From Thermodesulfobacteriota bacterium (lineage in GTDB: Bacteria; DASVDK01), in NCBI GenBank assembly GCA_036381125.1, contig DASVDK010000090.1, positions 1 to 39,967 on the forward strand: a stretch of DNA of 39,967 bases. The letters are read 5' to 3'. A model generated the notes under the pieces. That model had not been told where the DNA came from. It saw nothing but the letters and a program-made list of their open reading frames with translations, and did no database searches. Positions 17,749 to 26,671 of the stretch are shown in pieces. Each line of letters begins with the position of its first letter. Position 1 is the stretch's first letter. The translations under genes and the position numbers were made by a program.

Positions 17749-18690
17749 TCACGCGACCGCGCCTTCCAGGCAGACGAGGCGGCGACGATCGGCGTCGATC
17801 TCGACCATGGCGCCGAGCGGAAGGGCGAGGTTGCGCCGGAGGTGCCCGGCGGGGAAGTCGTAGAGCACCGGCACGCCGACGATACCGAGCACCTCCTGGA
17901 CGACGCGCCGGATCGACGCCCGCTCGCCGGCCGCCGCCCGCTCGAAGGCGCCGACGACCACGCCGCGGACCTCGTCGAGCGCGCCGGTGAGGCCGAGCTG
18001 CACGAGCATCCGGTCGATGCGATACGCCGGCTCGTCGACGTCCTCGAGGAGGAGGATCGCGCCGCGGGTGTCGATCTGCCAGGGCGTGCCGATGAGGCTC
18101 GTGACGAGCGCGAGGCAGCCGCCGACGAGGATGCCGCGCGCCCGGCCTCGCCCGAGCGCGCGCACCGAAGGTCCGGTGACGGCGCCCGCGGGCCGGGGGT
18201 CGGTGAGCATCCGCCAGAGCGAGTCGAGCGCGACGCGCGCGGGGCCCGGCCGCGCGCCGAGCATGGCGCCGTGGATGGAGACGAGCCCCGCCTTCGCGGC
18301 CAGCGCGTGGAGCGCCGTGATGTCGCTGAAGCCGACGAGCGGCTTCGGGTAGCGCCTGAGGAGGCCGGCGTCGAGGGCGGGGAGGATGCGCGTGGCGCCG
18401 TAGCCGCCGCGCAGGCAGAGGACGGCGTCGATCGCCGGGTTTCGGAACGCGTCCTCGAACTCGCGGGCGCGCCTGGCGTCGTCGCCGGCGAGGTACCGGT
18501 CCCGGGCGAGCACCGAGGCGTCGACCGCCGCACGGAACCCCCGGCGCCGCACCTCGCGCTCGGCCGCCGCAAGCCCTTCGGGATGCACCGGCCCCGACGG
18601 CGCGACGAGCGCGACCGTCCCTCCGGGACGCAGGCGGGGCGGGCGCACGCGCCGCTGCCCGCGGGTGGACGGTCGTCGTCGGACGGTCAT
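17749..18690 (-). CDS. ldcA: LD-carboxypeptidase (peptidase S66)
   Basis: RGGYG, GFSDIT (Ser), LEDVDE (Glu) and PAGH (His) catalytic triad. Confidence 0.9.
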   Translation of the reverse strand: MTVRRRPSTRGQRRVRPPRLRPGGTVALVAPSGPVHPEGLAAAEREVRRRGFRAAVDASVLARDRYLAGDDARRAREFEDAFRNPAIDAVLCLRGGYGATRILPALDAGLLRRYPKPLVGFSDITALHALAAKAGLVSIHGAMLGARPGPARVALDSLWRMLTDPRPAGAVTGPSVRALGRGRARGILVGGCLALVTSLIGTPWQIDTRGAILLLEDVDEPAYRIDRMLVQLGLTGALDEVRGVVVGAFERAAAGERASIRRVVQEVLGIVGVPVLYDFPAGHLRRNLALPLGAMVEIDADRRRLVCLEGAVA

Positions 18691-18762
18691 AGGCGCGCGA
18701 CTCTACACCACGACCGCCGTCGGCGCAAGACGGCCGTCGCCCGCTTCGAGCCGGTGACTCCC

Positions 18763-19698
18763 TCACCCTCGCCCGGTCAAGAACCGCTCGACCTCGGCGC
18801 GAGTCGGGATCCCGGCGCGCCCGCCGAGCTGGCGGCACTTGAGGGCCGCGGCCGCGTTGGCAAAGCGGAGCGACTCGGCCACCGCCTCGGGAGCGGGCGT
18901 CCGCCCGGCGTCGCGGTCGAGCATGGCCAGGAGGAAGGCGCCGTGGAAGACGTCGCCCGCGCCGGTCGTGTCGACGACCGGCACGTCGAAGCCGGGGACC
19001 TCGACGTGGCGGCCGGCCACGAAGGCGCGCGCCCCCTCCCGCCCGAGCGTCTGCACGACGACGGGCGGTCCGAGGTCGGCCAGGGCCTCGAGCGCCGCGC
19101 GGTCGTCGGCGCGGCCGGTGAAGGCTCGCGGGAACCCGTGGGCCGCGACGAGGTAGTCCACGAGAGGCACGAGCGCGTCCACCCCCGCCCTGATCCGCTC
19201 GGCGTCGAGCGAGACGAGCGTCCCCGTCCGGCGAGCGTGATGCGCCGCGGCCGCGGCCCCGTCGACCTCGTGCGTGGCGAGGTGGACGGCGCGCGCGTCG
19301 GCGACCGCCGACTCGGGCACGTCCGACGGCGCCAGGACGACGCGCGGGTCCTTGCGCGAGAGGACCGTGCGGCGTCCCGAGTCGGCCTCGACCACCACCA
19401 CCGAGAAGACCGAGGCCATCCCCGGCACGACGAGGGCGCGGGAGCAGTCCACCCCCTCGCGCACCAGCGCCTCGCGCGCGGCCTCCCCGACGTCGTCGTC
19501 GCCGAACTTGCCGATGAAGGCGGCGCGGCCGCCGAGCCGGGCCACGGCGGCGAGGGCCGTGCCCACCTGCCCCCCGCCCTGTCGGCTCATGGCGAGCACC
19601 GGCACCTTGGTGTCGGGCTCCGGGAACCGCTCGACCAGGCAGAGCAGGTCGAGCGCGGCGTACCCGACCCCGAGGACGTCCACGGACCGTGACGCCAT
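18763..19698 (-). CDS. PfkB-family carbohydrate kinase
   Basis: GGGQVG..A..RLG and DTTGAGDVFHGAF signatures. Confidence 0.9.
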   Translation of the reverse strand: MASRSVDVLGVGYAALDLLCLVERFPEPDTKVPVLAMSRQGGGQVGTALAAVARLGGRAAFIGKFGDDDVGEAAREALVREGVDCSRALVVPGMASVFSVVVVEADSGRRTVLSRKDPRVVLAPSDVPESAVADARAVHLATHEVDGAAAAAHHARRTGTLVSLDAERIRAGVDALVPLVDYLVAAHGFPRAFTGRADDRAALEALADLGPPVVVQTLGREGARAFVAGRHVEVPGFDVPVVDTTGAGDVFHGAFLLAMLDRDAGRTPAPEAVAESLRFANAAAALKCRQLGGRAGIPTRAEVERFLTGRG

Positions 19699-19701
19699 CG
19701 G

Positions 19702-19995
19702 TCACACGGCCATGGGATCGGCCGGATCGGCCACGGTCGCGGTCAGCTCGGGCGTGCGCTTCATGAGCCACTCGACCGAGTCGGTTGGCCAGGCCACGGT
19801 CGTCTTCCCGTGATGGTCGGCATACGTGAAACGCAGCTTCGCCCCGGCCGGCACCGCGCCGCCGGCTCGCTCCCGGACGCGGGCGGCGAGGGCGTCGAGA
19901 CGCTCCCCCAGGATCTCCGCGTAGCGGACCTCGACGTCGACGCCGAAGGCCGGGGCGACGACCCGGAGGACGCGCCGCGAGGTGTCCGTCGTCAT
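19702..19995 (-). CDS. hypothetical protein (97 aa)
   Basis: ATG overlaps the alkA stop, GGAGG RBS, ends 3 nt before pfkB. Codon usage matches real genes. Confidence 0.6.
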   Translation of the reverse strand: MTTDTSRRVLRVVAPAFGVDVEVRYAEILGERLDALAARVRERAGGAVPAGAKLRFTYADHHGKTTVAWPTDSVEWLMKRTPELTATVADPADPMAV

Positions 19996-20930
19996 CTCGT
20001 CCTCCGCCACGGCCCGAGCTTGAGGCGCGCCGCCGTGATGAGGTAGAGGAGCGCCGTGCTGCGATACGGGCGCCAGCGGTCCATGATCGCGTTCGCCCTG
20101 GCGGCGTCGATCGGCCCCGGCTCGCCCGTCGCCTGCGCGACCAGCTTGCGCAGCCCCACGTCGTCGGCGGGGAACACGTCCGGCCGGCCGAGCCCCCGGA
20201 TGAGGTACCACTCTGCCGTCCACCGCCCGATGCCGCGCAGCGCCGTGAGCCGCTCGACCACCGCCTCATCCGGCAGCCGATCGAGGGCGGCGAGGTCGAG
20301 CCGGCCGCCGGCAAGGCAGCGCGCGAGTTCAATGATATACTCCGCCTTGCGCCAGCTGTACTGCAGGGCGACCAGCTGGTCCGGCGTGGCGGCCGCGAGC
20401 CGATCGGGGGTGGGGAAGGCCGTGAAGGTTTCCGCGCCCACGGCCAGGGTGCGCCCGAACGCACGGGTGAGCCGCGCGCGGATCGTGTAGGCGAACGCGA
20501 GGGTCACCTGCTGGGCCGTGATGGACGTGACCAGCGTCTCGAACCCCGTGGGCCAGCGCGCCTGACGCAGGCCCGAAAGCGGGGCGAGGAGCGGGCCCAG
20601 GATGGGGTCGGTCGCGAACGCCCGGCGGGCAGGCTCCAGCCGGTCGTCGACCCCGAGCATGGCCCGCACCCGGTCGCGCAGCGCGGGGTCGGGGGGACCA
20701 GGCAGGCCGTCGTCGGCCGCCTCGTAGAGGAGGGCCTCGACCTCGAGGGCCGGCGCGGCGGCACGCCCCGTCTGGCGCACGGCGACGAGCGCGAGACGCG
20801 TGCCGTCGTCGAGGAGACGCCGATAGGTGACGCCGTCGAACCGATCGGCCGCCTCGACCGGGAAACGGACATAGAACCCCGCGGTGAGGCCGAGGTCGTA
20901 CGGCGCCCGCGGGCGGATCTCGAATCGCAC
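19992..20930 (-). CDS. alkA: DNA-3-methyladenine glycosylase II (AlkA family)
   Basis: FETLVTSITAQQV, FPTP, HhH motif LRGIGRWTA, DVFPADD, WRPYRS. Start uncertain (GTG 20930 or ATG 20972). Confidence 0.88.
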   Translation of the reverse strand: MRFEIRPRAPYDLGLTAGFYVRFPVEAADRFDGVTYRRLLDDGTRLALVAVRQTGRAAAPALEVEALLYEAADDGLPGPPDPALRDRVRAMLGVDDRLEPARRAFATDPILGPLLAPLSGLRQARWPTGFETLVTSITAQQVTLAFAYTIRARLTRAFGRTLAVGAETFTAFPTPDRLAAATPDQLVALQYSWRKAEYIIELARCLAGGRLDLAALDRLPDEAVVERLTALRGIGRWTAEWYLIRGLGRPDVFPADDVGLRKLVAQATGEPGPIDAARANAIMDRWRPYRSTALLYLITAARLKLGPWRRTR

Positions 20931-20970
20931 GCTTCGCCGCGGCTTGCGGCTGGCGGCCAGGGGGTCAGGC

Positions 20971-21546
20971 ATGGATCGGCGGTCGTTCGAGGCGGTGGTG
21001 GAGGAGGCATTGGCTCGCCTGCCCGAGGAGTTCCAGGCGCGGCTCGACAACGTGGCGGTCCTGGTCGAGGACCGTCCCTCGCGCGAGTTGCTGAAGAGCA
21101 TGGGCCTGCCGCCGCAAGAGACCCTGCTCGGCGTCTACCAGGGCACGCCGCTGCCGCAGCGCGGGCCCACGACGTACGGCAACGTGTTGCCCGACCGCAT
21201 CGTCCTCTTCCAGGAGCCGATCGAGGAGATGGGGGGCGGTCTCCAGGCGATCAAACGCCGGATCGCCGACACGGTGGTGCACGAGATCGGACACTACTTC
21301 GGGCTCTCCGACGACCAGATGGACGACGCCGAGGACGAGCTCGACGCCACGTTCGGCCCCGACCCGGCGGCGCAGTCCGCACGCCGCGACGAGGACGACG
21401 ACGACGACCTCGACGACGAGGACCTCGACGACGAGGACGAGGACCTCGACGACGAGGACCTCGACGAGGACGACGAGGATCTCGACGACGAGGACCTCGA
21501 CGAGGAGGACGACGAGGAACCGGTCCCGCCGCGCCGCCGCCGGTAG
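20971..21546 (+). CDS. zincin-like metallopeptidase (DUF1025 type) with acidic tail
   Basis: FEAVVEEAL..LP, LLGVYQG.PL, PDRIVLFQ.PI, HEIGHYFGLSD (HExxH). Confidence 0.88.
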   Translation: MDRRSFEAVVEEALARLPEEFQARLDNVAVLVEDRPSRELLKSMGLPPQETLLGVYQGTPLPQRGPTTYGNVLPDRIVLFQEPIEEMGGGLQAIKRRIADTVVHEIGHYFGLSDDQMDDAEDELDATFGPDPAAQSARRDEDDDDDLDDEDLDDEDEDLDDEDLDEDDEDLDDEDLDEEDDEEPVPPRRRR

Positions 21547-21974
21547 CCGGGCGGCGGACCGAGCACGCGGGCGCCGCGCGGCCGCCACCCGTGGCGCTCG
21601 AGGTCGATGCGCCCGTCGGGGCCGGCGACCACCCCCTCCTCGGCCAGGAGCGCCCGCTGCCGCGCGGCGGCGTCCCACCCCGCCAGGGCCGCGACGCGCG
21701 GGCTTATCCCGCCCGCGCCGTTGACCACCCGCTGCCAGGGAAGATCGAGATCGTCCGGCAGGTGCCGCAGGATCGACCCGACGGCGCGCGCGGCGCCCGG
21801 ACGACCGGCGAGCGCTGCGACCTGCCCGTAGGTTACCACCCGGCCGAACGGCACGCGCGCGACGATCGCGAGTACCTGCGCGCCGAAGGCCGAGCGCGCG
21901 CGCCCGCCGAACGCCGCCGCGCCGGGCCCGGCGTCCCGCGGCGGCTCCGTCGGCGCCTCCGCCGGCCGGCTCAC
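21294..21974 (-). CDS. alkyltransferase-like protein (ATL/MGMT family)
   Basis: VPFGRVVTYGQVA, ARAVG, PWQRVV (Trp replaces the catalytic Cys), QRALLAEEGV. GTG overlaps the upstream stop; no stop until 21294. Confidence 0.8.
   Translation of the reverse strand: MSRPAEAPTEPPRDAGPGAAAFGGRARSAFGAQVLAIVARVPFGRVVTYGQVAALAGRPGAARAVGSILRHLPDDLDLPWQRVVNGAGGISPRVAALAGWDAAARQRALLAEEGVVAGPDGRIDLERHGWRPRGARVLGPPPGYRRRRGGTGSSSSSSSRSSSSRSSSSSSRSSSSRSSSSSSRSSSSRSSSSSSSRRADCAAGSGPNVASSSSSASSIWSSESPK
21388..21519 (+). repeat. imperfect GACCTCGACGACGAG tandem repeat encoding (DLDDE)n
   Basis: 44 codons: 38 Asp/Glu and 6 Leu. Confidence 0.85.
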
Positions 21975-22909
21975 ACGGGGAACGGCGACCGCTCCACCGC
22001 CTCGCCCCCCTCCTCGGAGAGACCGTAGCGGGCGAGGGCCATCATGAAGACGAGCGCCGGCAGGCGGCGCCGGAGGTCCTTCACGAAGCGCGCGATGTCG
22101 GTCGTCTGCGCGGGCGACAGGCCGAGCTGTGCGGCGGCGGCCGGACCGACCGTGAAGCGGAAGGGGAGCCGGCGAGCCGCCTCCTCGGCCATGTCGCCGA
22201 GCCGGCCGACGCCGGGCCGGGCGGTGTGGGGCCTGGCCGTGGTCCAGACGATCTCGAGGAAGTCGGGCCAGCGGCTGATCGCCCGCAGGTCGTCGGTCAC
22301 GGCCGGCAGCGCGAGCGTCGCGACGATGTCGTTCCACAGCCGGAGGATCCGGCCGGGCGCCTCCCCGTCGCCGAGCGCGGGCAGGTCGGACACCTCTTCG
22401 GGCACCCCGGAGGGGATCGCCTCGCGCTCGACCGGCAGGAGGTCGGCCGCCCCCCCGACCGGCTCGTTGTCGAGCGCGAGGTCGAACGCCGTGGCGGCGA
22501 GGAGGATCTTGGGGTCGGCGTAGCAGGCGACGTTGGCGGCGCGGACGATCTCGTCCACCACGCTGGTCGAGAGGGCGCGCCGCCTGAGCGCCTCCCGGAA
22601 GGCGCCGGGCTCCACCGCCCCCGCCTGCGCCGCCTCGCGGACCGCCGCCGCGCGGATGATGTCGGACTGCGCCTCGAAGGCCCTGGTGAGGACGTTGGGC
22701 TTCAGCTCCCGCCAGGCCCGCTCGAGGTAGGCGGGGGCGACCGACCAGAGGCGACGGACGAGCAGCGGCACGAACGGGGTGCGGAAGGCGCTGCGCACGT
22801 CCTCGAAGAGGAGCCGCTGCGCCTCGGCCGCCTCGGCCTGCTCCCCGCGCTGGCGGCGCCGGGTCTCGGCGTCGACGGCGGGCGTGCGGTCGCGCGCCGG
22901 ATCAGGCAC
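21971..22909 (-). CDS. DehI-like (group I haloacid dehalogenase fold) protein
   Basis: Two-fold repeat (FEDVRSAFRTPFV...AWRELKP / WNDIVATL...RWPDFLEIVW). YADPK and TDDLR correspond to the family YxNPK and SDYR motifs. Confidence 0.65.
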   Translation of the reverse strand: MPDPARDRTPAVDAETRRRQRGEQAEAAEAQRLLFEDVRSAFRTPFVPLLVRRLWSVAPAYLERAWRELKPNVLTRAFEAQSDIIRAAAVREAAQAGAVEPGAFREALRRRALSTSVVDEIVRAANVACYADPKILLAATAFDLALDNEPVGGAADLLPVEREAIPSGVPEEVSDLPALGDGEAPGRILRLWNDIVATLALPAVTDDLRAISRWPDFLEIVWTTARPHTARPGVGRLGDMAEEAARRLPFRFTVGPAAAAQLGLSPAQTTDIARFVKDLRRRLPALVFMMALARYGLSEEGGEAVERSPFPV

Positions 22910-23975
22910 GGGCGACTCCGTTCCGGCCGGCCCGCTTGACGGTGTACATGGCGCGATCGGCCGCGCGAAGGAGTTCCATCTTCTCCCGCGCGTCGTCGGG
23001 GAAGGCGGCCACGCCGAAGGAGGCCGTGATGCGCAGGCCGAGGCCCTCCTCCTGGAGGAAGCTCGTCCGCTCGATGGCCGAGCGGATCCGCTCGGCCGCG
23101 AGGACGGCGCTCTCCTTCGGCGTCTCGGGCAGGACGACCAGGAACTCGTCGCCGCCGTAGCGCACCGCCACGTCGACCTTCCGGATCGTCCTCAGCACGA
23201 TCTCGGCCACCTCCCGCAGGATCTTCGTGCCGGCGAGGTGGTCGTTGAGGTCGTTGACGCTCTTGAAGTGGTCGAGGTCGAAGAAGATGAGCGCGATCGT
23301 GGAGCCGTACTGTCGCGCGCGGGCCAGCTCGTAGTCCAGGAAGCGGTGCAGGTGGCGGACGTTGAAGAGCCGCGTGGCGTCGTCCTGGATCGTCAGCTCT
23401 TCGAGCTTCCGGTGGATGCGCGCGTTCTCGATGGCGATGGCCGCGAAGTCGGCGAGCGTGGTGAGGACGAGCATGGCGGTGTCGTCCTCGAGCGCGAGGC
23501 CGAGCGACGACTCCGTCGGCGGCCCCTTGCGGTCGCCGCTCGGGAAGTGGTTGATCAACTCGATCACGCCGAGCACCCGCCCGCGCGCCTTGAGCGGCAC
23601 GCAGATGATCGACTCGGTCCGGAAGCCCGACAGGCTGTCGACCCGCTTCGAGAAGCGCGGATCGAGCGACACGTCGGGGATGACGAGCGGCTCCCCGTTG
23701 GCCGCCACCCAGCCGGCCACCCCTTCGCCGACCTTGAGGGTGATCCCCTTGAGCCCCTCGCTGCCCGGTCCCACCGCGATGACGAACGACAGCTCGCGCC
23801 CCTCGTCGTCCACGAGCAGCAGCGACCAGTTTTCGGGCCTGAGGTGCTCGCTGATCTTCGTCATGATGAGGCGCAGGACCTCGTCGAGGTCGAGCGTCGA
23901 GGTGAGCGCCTTGCCGATCTCGTTGATGGAGGCGAGTTCGGGCAGGCGCGGGGGCGCTACGGGGGGGACCGACAT
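22902..23975 (-). CDS. GAF-GGDEF diguanylate cyclase
   Basis: GAF domain (GEGVAGWVA, CVPL..RGRVLGVIEL); DLDHFKSVND; RYGGDEF with the RKVD inhibitory site. Confidence 0.92.
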   Translation of the reverse strand: MSVPPVAPPRLPELASINEIGKALTSTLDLDEVLRLIMTKISEHLRPENWSLLLVDDEGRELSFVIAVGPGSEGLKGITLKVGEGVAGWVAANGEPLVIPDVSLDPRFSKRVDSLSGFRTESIICVPLKARGRVLGVIELINHFPSGDRKGPPTESSLGLALEDDTAMLVLTTLADFAAIAIENARIHRKLEELTIQDDATRLFNVRHLHRFLDYELARARQYGSTIALIFFDLDHFKSVNDLNDHLAGTKILREVAEIVLRTIRKVDVAVRYGGDEFLVVLPETPKESAVLAAERIRSAIERTSFLQEEGLGLRITASFGVAAFPDDAREKMELLRAADRAMYTVKRAGRNGVARA

Positions 23976-24038
23976 GGCGCAATCATACATAATGGGAACC
24001 CAAATGCGCGTCAAGATTGGCCCGAAGGGGGTGAAGGC

Positions 24039-24902
24039 GTGCCGCGGAGCGGAGCCGGCGGCGGCTTGCGCCGGGTGATCGTGGTCGCAGACGGATTCGG
24101 CGAGGCGCCGACCGGCCTGGTGCAGGACGCCCTGCGGACGCTGGAAGGGGAGCACCCGGCCGTCCGGACCTGGGGGTACGTTCGCGAGGAGATCGACCTC
24201 GACGCCATCGTCGAGAGCGCCCGGGCGGACGGCAAGCGGGCGCGCGCCGGGGTGCTGGTCGTGGCGCTGGCCGATCCGGCTCGCCGCACCGCCCTCCTCG
24301 CCCGCGCCGAGCAGGCGGGCGTGGAGGCGATCGACCTGATCGGCCCTCTGGCCCAACGGCTCTCCGACGCCTTCGACCTCGTGCCCCGCGTCGAGGGACC
24401 GGCCGCTCCCCAGCTCGATCCCGACTATTTCCGCCGCCTCGACGCCATCGACTTCACGGTCAAGCACGACGATGGTCAGGGCCTCGGCACCCTGTCGAAG
24501 GCCGAGGTGGTGCTGGTCGGGCCCTCGCGGACCTCGAAGACGCCGACCAGCGTCTACATGGCGACGCGCGGCTGGAAGGTGGCGAACGTCCCCTACGTGA
24601 TCGGCGTCGAGCCGCCGGCCGAGCTCTTGCGACTGCCGCAGTCGCGCGTTTGCGGCCTCACCATCGCGCCCGGGTCGCTCCTCGAGCGGCGGCTGAACCG
24701 GCTCGAGCGGATGGGGGTCGAGCACGACCCGACCTACGCCGACCCGAGGCGGGTCACCCAGGAAGTCATGACGTGCCGGGCGTTCTGCCAGCGGCAGGGG
24801 TGGAAGCTCGTGGACGTGACCGGCAAGGGGGTGGAGGAGGTGGCCCAGGAGGTCCTCGCGGTCCTGGGCAAGCTCGGCCCCGGCGTCTCGCCGGTCGCCT
24901 GA
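24039..24902 (+). CDS. pyruvate,phosphate dikinase/PEP synthase regulatory kinase-phosphorylase (PDRP, DUF299)
   Basis: YFRRLDAIDFTVKHDDG, GPSRTSKTPTSVYMA, KVANVP, DVTGKGVEEVA. Confidence 0.88.
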   Translation: MPRSGAGGGLRRVIVVADGFGEAPTGLVQDALRTLEGEHPAVRTWGYVREEIDLDAIVESARADGKRARAGVLVVALADPARRTALLARAEQAGVEAIDLIGPLAQRLSDAFDLVPRVEGPAAPQLDPDYFRRLDAIDFTVKHDDGQGLGTLSKAEVVLVGPSRTSKTPTSVYMATRGWKVANVPYVIGVEPPAELLRLPQSRVCGLTIAPGSLLERRLNRLERMGVEHDPTYADPRRVTQEVMTCRAFCQRQGWKLVDVTGKGVEEVAQEVLAVLGKLGPGVSPVA

Positions 24903-24915
24903 GAGGGAAGGGACG

Positions 24916-25611
24916 ATGACGGCTGAGGAGCTGGGAGTCCTCCTGCTCAACACGCTCTGGGAGGCGCCGGTCCTCGGGGTGATCCGGCACGTGCCGCGGG
25001 CGCGTCTCGCGACGGTCGCCGCCGGCCTCGTCGCCGGCGGCGTCCGGGCGATCGAGGTCACCTGCAACACCGCGGGGGCCTTCGAGATGCTCGAGTGGCT
25101 GTCCGCTCGCTACGGCGACCGGCTGCTCGTCGGCGCCGGCACGGTGCTCGGCAGGACCGACGCCCGCGAGGCGAAGGCGCGTGGAGCGCGGTTCCTGGTG
25201 TCGCCGGGCGCCGGCGACGAGGTGATGGACGCGGCCGACGACCTCGGCATCCCGATCGTGCCGGGCGCCATGACGCCGACCGAGATCCTCCGGGCGTACG
25301 CCCGCCGGGCGCCCCTGGTCCGGGTGTTCCCGGCGTCGGCGGTCGGGCCGGTCTTCTTCCAGGCGCTGCGGGAGCCGATGCCCGACGTCCCGCTCGTGGC
25401 GGCGGGCGGCGTGACGCGGGAGAACGCCCGCGCCTTCGTCGAGGCCGGCGCCGTGGCGGTGACCTGCGGGCGGGCGCTGCTGCCGCCCGACCCCGCCGCC
25501 GGGGAGGAGGCGATTGCCGCGCACGTGGCCGCGCTCCTGGCCGCGGCCAGGGTCGGCGCGGCGCGGCCCACCGATGGCGGGCCGGGTGCGATGCCCCCCG
25601 CTTCGCTCTGA
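24916..25611 (+). CDS. KDPG/KHG aldolase (Eda)-like protein lacking the Schiff-base Lys
   Basis: IEVT, GAGTV, FLVSP, PGAMTPTE, GGV. The conserved KxFPA reads RVFPA. Confidence 0.8.
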   Translation: MTAEELGVLLLNTLWEAPVLGVIRHVPRARLATVAAGLVAGGVRAIEVTCNTAGAFEMLEWLSARYGDRLLVGAGTVLGRTDAREAKARGARFLVSPGAGDEVMDAADDLGIPIVPGAMTPTEILRAYARRAPLVRVFPASAVGPVFFQALREPMPDVPLVAAGGVTRENARAFVEAGAVAVTCGRALLPPDPAAGEEAIAAHVAALLAAARVGAARPTDGGPGAMPPASL

Positions 25612-25752
25612 CAGAGGCCTTCCGCTACGCTCGTGCGCCGCGCGCCGGCGGGGCGCCACCCCCGCTCGGCGGGGGGCCCCCGGCGCACCCACCGGCGCGA
25701 CCGCAGCCGGCGCGGCGTAGTCGGTACGAGCAGCCGAGCCGCTGCGGCGTTC

Positions 25753-26520
25753 CTAGCGCAGGTGCCGCTCGAGGAAGCCGACGATCTCGGGCCAGGCCTC
25801 GAAGGCCGCCGCCTCGCGGTAGGTCGGCCGGTAGTCCGCCAGGAAGGCGTGCCCGGCGTTGCGGTACGTCTTCAGCGTCGCCGGCTTCGACGCCCGCTCG
25901 AGTCGCTCGCGCAGGCGGGCCGCGTCGTCGGGCGACGGGTTCTGGTCCTCCTCGCCGAAGACGGCCAGCAGCGGACACGACAGCCGGTCGACCAGGTCGA
26001 TGACCGGCGTCGGCCTGGCCGGCGTCGTGACGGCGTCGGGCGTCGCGCGCGTGATGTAGCCGCCCCAGCAGTCCACGGCCGCGTCGAGCCGGGTCGTGCT
26101 GCAGGCGAAGAGCAGCGTCTGGCGACCGCCCGAGCAGAAGCCGATGCAGCCGACCTTCCCGGTCGCGTCCGGGAGGCCGCGCAGGTACGCCGCGGCCGCC
26201 TCGAGGTCGCGGACGACCTGCGCGTCCGGCAGCGCGAACATCTTCTCCATCACCGACGGCCGGTCGTCCGGGTTGGGCCCGCCGGTGCGCGAGTAGAGGT
26301 CCGGCGCGAGCGCCGTGAACCCGACGTTGGCGAAGCGGCGAGCCAGGTCCTTGATGTGCTCGACGAGGCCGAACGCCTCGTGGAGCACGATGAGGCCGGG
26401 GTATCGTCCCGACTCGCTCGGCCGGGCGAGGTAGGCCTGGATGGTGTCGCCGCCGCTCGTGAACCGCGTCGTCTCCGTTCGGACCCGCGTGGGGTCGGTC
26501 ACCGCGCCTGGTACACGCAC
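25753..26520 (-). CDS. dienelactone hydrolase family protein
   Basis: HEAFGL, APDLY, GFCSGG nucleophile Cys, GEED, AGHAF. Confidence 0.9.
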   Translation of the reverse strand: MRVPGAVTDPTRVRTETTRFTSGGDTIQAYLARPSESGRYPGLIVLHEAFGLVEHIKDLARRFANVGFTALAPDLYSRTGGPNPDDRPSVMEKMFALPDAQVVRDLEAAAAYLRGLPDATGKVGCIGFCSGGRQTLLFACSTTRLDAAVDCWGGYITRATPDAVTTPARPTPVIDLVDRLSCPLLAVFGEEDQNPSPDDAARLRERLERASKPATLKTYRNAGHAFLADYRPTYREAAAFEAWPEIVGFLERHLR

Positions 26521-26671
26521 CGTCCGTCCTCCTTGGCGTCAGGGTTGGTCACGTTCGACGATCCTACATCTTAGCCGGCGGCATCGAGGCGCCTCGTCCA
26601 ATCGGCCTCCATGGGGTCGGACCCCACCGTTTTTGCCCGTCCGGAACACGGCAAGGCCCGACCCCGGCGCC

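Noticed and set aside
12958-26520. Chloroaromatic pathway from cycloisomerase-like, DehI-like and dienelactone hydrolase genes
   Set aside because: The genes sit in separate operons kilobases apart, the families are broad, and there is no ring-cleavage dioxygenase.
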